Below, in pieces: positions 39,771 to 41,968 of a DNA stretch of 41,968 nucleotides (positions within the stretch are counted from its first letter, which is position 1; each line of letters starts with the position of its first letter). The position numbers were made by a program, and so were the translations under genes. Source of the DNA: Myxococcales bacterium (GTDB taxonomy: Bacteria > Myxococcota_A > UBA9042); NCBI GenBank assembly GCA_037441385.1, contig JBBISH010000047.1, positions 1-41,968 of the forward strand, given 5' to 3'. The notes below the pieces were generated by a model. The model saw only the letters and a list, made by a program, of their open reading frames with translations, ran no database searches and had not been told where the DNA came from.

Positions 39771-39824
39771 CCGCCAACGCCTGCGAGCGCCTCAAAACGC
39801 CAGAGGGCGCCTAAAGGGGAGACG

Positions 39825-40139
39825 ATGAAGAAGACCCTTCCGAAGTTGAAGAAAAGCGCAGCCGACTTCCTGTCTCCGGAAGAGGGGGCGATCAGCGAGA
39901 AGCAGGAAGCGCGCGTGTCGACCTTCTTGACCTTGTCGAGCGGCGACGGCAGCGTGCTGCCCGGCGGCGACGTGAACCTGTCGGCCGAGCACTGCAGCCA
40001 CGGCTCGCACGGTTCGCACGGTTCGCACGGCAGCCACGGTTCGCACGGCAGCCACGGCTCGCACGGCAGCCACGGTTCGCACGGTAGCCACGGCTCGCAC
40101 GGCTCGCACGGCAGCCACGGTTCGCACGGTTCCTGGTAG
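39825..40139 (+). CDS. His-Xaa-Ser repeat peptide (HxsA-like RiPP precursor)
   Basis: AAGGGGAG RBS. 55-aa leader (MKKTLPKLKKSAADFLSPEEGAISEK...) followed by HCS, 15 x HGS, W and stop. Confidence 0.88.
   Translation: MKKTLPKLKKSAADFLSPEEGAISEKQEARVSTFLTLSSGDGSVLPGGDVNLSAEHCSHGSHGSHGSHGSHGSHGSHGSHGSHGSHGSHGSHGSHGSHGSHGSW
39990..40133 (+). repeat. 16 x 9-bp coding tandem repeat (CAC-GGY-TCS/AGC)
   Basis: Counted directly: one CACTGCAGC and 15 His-Gly-Ser units that differ only by synonymous codons. Confidence 0.97.
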
Positions 40140-40248
40140 CTGGCGACCTGCCTCGCAGGCCGGTGGTGCAGAACGGACGCGCTCCGGCCAGCCGGTCTGC
40201 ACCAGAACCGGAAAGCGAGGCGATTTCGCCGCGGCCTTGGCCGAGTCC

Positions 40249-40288
40249 CATGGCATTCGGGGTTCTTCCCGAGTGCCATGCCTTTTTT
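40249..40288 (+). terminator. Intrinsic (rho-independent) terminator
   Basis: CATGGCATTCGGG-GTTCTT-CCCGAGTGCCATG (13-bp stem, one G-U) followed by CCTTTTTT. Confidence 0.85.
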
Positions 40289-40521
40289 GCACCCCTACCC
40301 CTTCACTTCCGCTCTGGACCGCCGTCTCTCCTTCGCGTTGACGGAAGCCGCTGGCCGGTGCCCGTAGAGGGAGTCGGCCAACTATTGGGCACTCGTTCTG
40401 AAGTTCGTTCTGCCGATCGCGTCTCGAACGCCCAGTGGGGCGCAAGCGAACGCCTACCGCGACGCCACGCGCCGAGTTCGACGGCTTGGATGCGCGGGGA
40501 AAGTCCAAACTGATCGGCCAT

Positions 40522-41058
40522 CTAGCCGAGCTCCAGACCCAGGCCCTGGGCCAGCGGGCTCCGCAGCCGTTCGAGCAGACGTTTGTGGGCGCGCCCCAAC
40601 GCATCGGGGCTCTCGCCGGCCAAGGCCGCGGCCTCGTTCAAGCTGCGATCGCCGTAGTACACTTCGCGCAGGACCAGCGCCTCGCGGGTGCTCAGATCGC
40701 GGCCGATCTGCTGCAGCACCTGGCGCACAGCCACCGGCGTAGAGGTGCGCTGGACCGACGCGGTGGTCTGGCGCGCCGCAAGCAGGCGCCGCAGGTGGGC
40801 TAGGCGCTGTTCGCGGCGCAGCAGATCGCGAGGTTGGCCGTACATGCGCCAATAGGCGTGGGTCAGCGCGCGCGGGCCGCGGGCGGGATCGTAGCGGGCC
40901 AGACTTTGGGCAAAACCGAACAGGGCCTCAGCGCGGAGCTCGCCCGCCGCTTCGCCACTGTGGGTCAGCCGGCCCGCGATCGAACCGGCCAAGGTCAGAA
41001 AGTCCAACGGGCGGCTGTGGCAGCGGGTCTGGAGGGCGAGCGTTGGGGTCGCGGTCAC
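40522..41058 (-). CDS. Small sigma-70 family factor (FliA/WhiG-like region 2 plus region 4)
   Basis: GGGAG upstream of GTG 41058. Region 2 ELRAEALFGFAQSLARYDPARG..THAYWRMYGQ.RDLLRR. Region 4 LSTREALVLREVYYGDRSLNEAAALAGES...HKRLLERLR. Confidence 0.8.
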   Translation of the reverse strand: MTATPTLALQTRCHSRPLDFLTLAGSIAGRLTHSGEAAGELRAEALFGFAQSLARYDPARGPRALTHAYWRMYGQPRDLLRREQRLAHLRRLLAARQTTASVQRTSTPVAVRQVLQQIGRDLSTREALVLREVYYGDRSLNEAAALAGESPDALGRAHKRLLERLRSPLAQGLGLELG

Positions 41059-41299
41059 GATCGAGCTCCCAGGCGTCGAGGGTCGGCGCGGCTGGCAGAA
41101 ACCCAAGCAAGATGTATGCCGGCCCAGCGGATCGTGCCGATTGCCCTTTGGTTGCGCCGGGATCGATCACCGATCGTGAAGTGAGCGAGCCACAGCGCCC
41201 GGGGCCGGCAGTCCCCAGGTCCGGCCGTCGCGATTTCGTTGACGCCGGCTGCGCTTCGATTATCGTCACCTCGCCGGCCCGAGCCGGCCGCAGGGCGCG

Positions 41300-41968
41300 A
41301 TGCACAACAGCAAGAATCGAGTGGGTAACATACGGAATTGTTTGACGGTCCTGGCCGCGCTGGTCGGAATGGCCGGCTGCGAAGGCCAAGAGACCCCCAA
41401 GAAGCCCGATGAGGCGGCGGCTCCCCAGGCCGGTCCCGCCCCAGTGGCGGCGGCCGCGGCGGCACCTGCTCCCAAGCTCGCCGACATCGTTCAGAAAATC
41501 GCGACTGCCGCCAAAAAGGCTGGCGACGACGAAGCCGCCACGGTCGCCAAGCAGCTGAAGTCCGCGGGTGCCGACAAGAAGGTGCTGGAGCTGGCGGCGC
41601 CGGCGGGCACGCTGCGTTTCTATAGCCGCGACGGGACGTTGAGCAAGGACGGCGCCGACGTCTTGGCGTTGCTGGCCGACCTCGATCGCCACGGCATCGA
41701 CAAGTCGGGCTATCGACTGGGCCAGATCGATCAGGCGACCGCGGCTGTGACCCAAGCCTTTGCCGAGGAGCGCAAGATCCTGCTGACGCTAGAGAAACAG
41801 CCGCGGGCCGCGCTGGTGGCGGCGGCGGCGGCGCTGTGGCTGCGCGGTGGCGAGGGCAGTGCGGTGTCGCTGTCGCGCGCCGGGGCCGAGCAACTGGGCG
41901 ACAACGGACTGCGCGCCCTGGATGCGGCCCTACCGGCGCTGGCGCCAGCGGTGCAGAAGTCGCGCGAG
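41300..41968 (+). CDS. Lipoprotein, possibly an L,D-transpeptidase (YcbB-like scaffold); 3'-partial
   Basis: Not in the ORF track because it runs off the window. Translation MHNSKNRVGNIRNCLTVLAALVGMAGC (lipobox). LLADLDRHGIDKSGYRL resembles the L,D-transpeptidase scaffold HGL..DY motif; no catalytic domain is visible in the window. Confidence 0.65.
   Translation, partial: MHNSKNRVGNIRNCLTVLAALVGMAGCEGQETPKKPDEAAAPQAGPAPVAAAAAAPAPKLADIVQKIATAAKKAGDDEAATVAKQLKSAGADKKVLELAAPAGTLRFYSRDGTLSKDGADVLALLADLDRHGIDKSGYRLGQIDQATAAVTQAFAEERKILLTLEKQPRAALVAAAAALWLRGGEGSAVSLSRAGAEQLGDNGLRALDAALPALAPAVQKSRE

Noticed and set aside
39861..39905. Flp prepilin-like motif FLSPEEGAISE in the peptide leader
   Set aside because: There is no hydrophobic helix or +5 Glu-Tyr after the Gly, so it is better read as a leader recognition motif.
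39990..40133. Possible CRISPR array or simple slippage repeat
   Set aside because: The units are 9 bp with no spacers, no cas genes are present, and variation is synonymous in the coding frame.
39416..40279. Minus-strand ORFs with CEPWLP, RASRG or VRTVAA repeats
   Set aside because: These are alternative frames of the HGS repeat. Only the plus frame keeps the amino acids invariant and has an RBS and terminator.
40496..40506. GGGGAAAGTCC resembling the RNase P RNA 5' motif
   Set aside because: No other RNase P conserved regions follow, and the sigma gene occupies the downstream space.

Overview
GC-rich bacterial DNA, probably a Myxococcota/deltaproteobacterium-like genome (inferred from PEGA, FG-GAP/ASPIC and Cys/Asp-repeat lipoproteins and codon style). 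About 30 genes fill the window. Housekeeping genes are tgt, glyQ, glyS, xseA, trmFO, xth, a DnaQ-type exonuclease and an S1-domain protein. The rest are mostly exported proteins or lipoproteins. I found no rRNA, tRNA, CRISPR array or transposase. The standout locus is 39390-41060. A sigma70-like promoter and a ~400-nt helix-rich untranslated leader precede a 104-aa peptide made of a 55-aa leader, HCS, (HGS)15 and W, i.e. a His-Xaa-Ser (HxsA-like) RiPP precursor. It is followed by a long hairpin and an intrinsic terminator, so it appears monocistronic with no maturase beside it, and a small FliA-like sigma factor converges on it. Other oddities are tandem DnaA boxes in the trmFO tail, several apparently catalytically dead domains (DUF1287, DUF296, CCA-enzyme head) and a coding-strand switch in the first ~85 nt. 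All family assignments come from motif recognition by eye, not from database searches.
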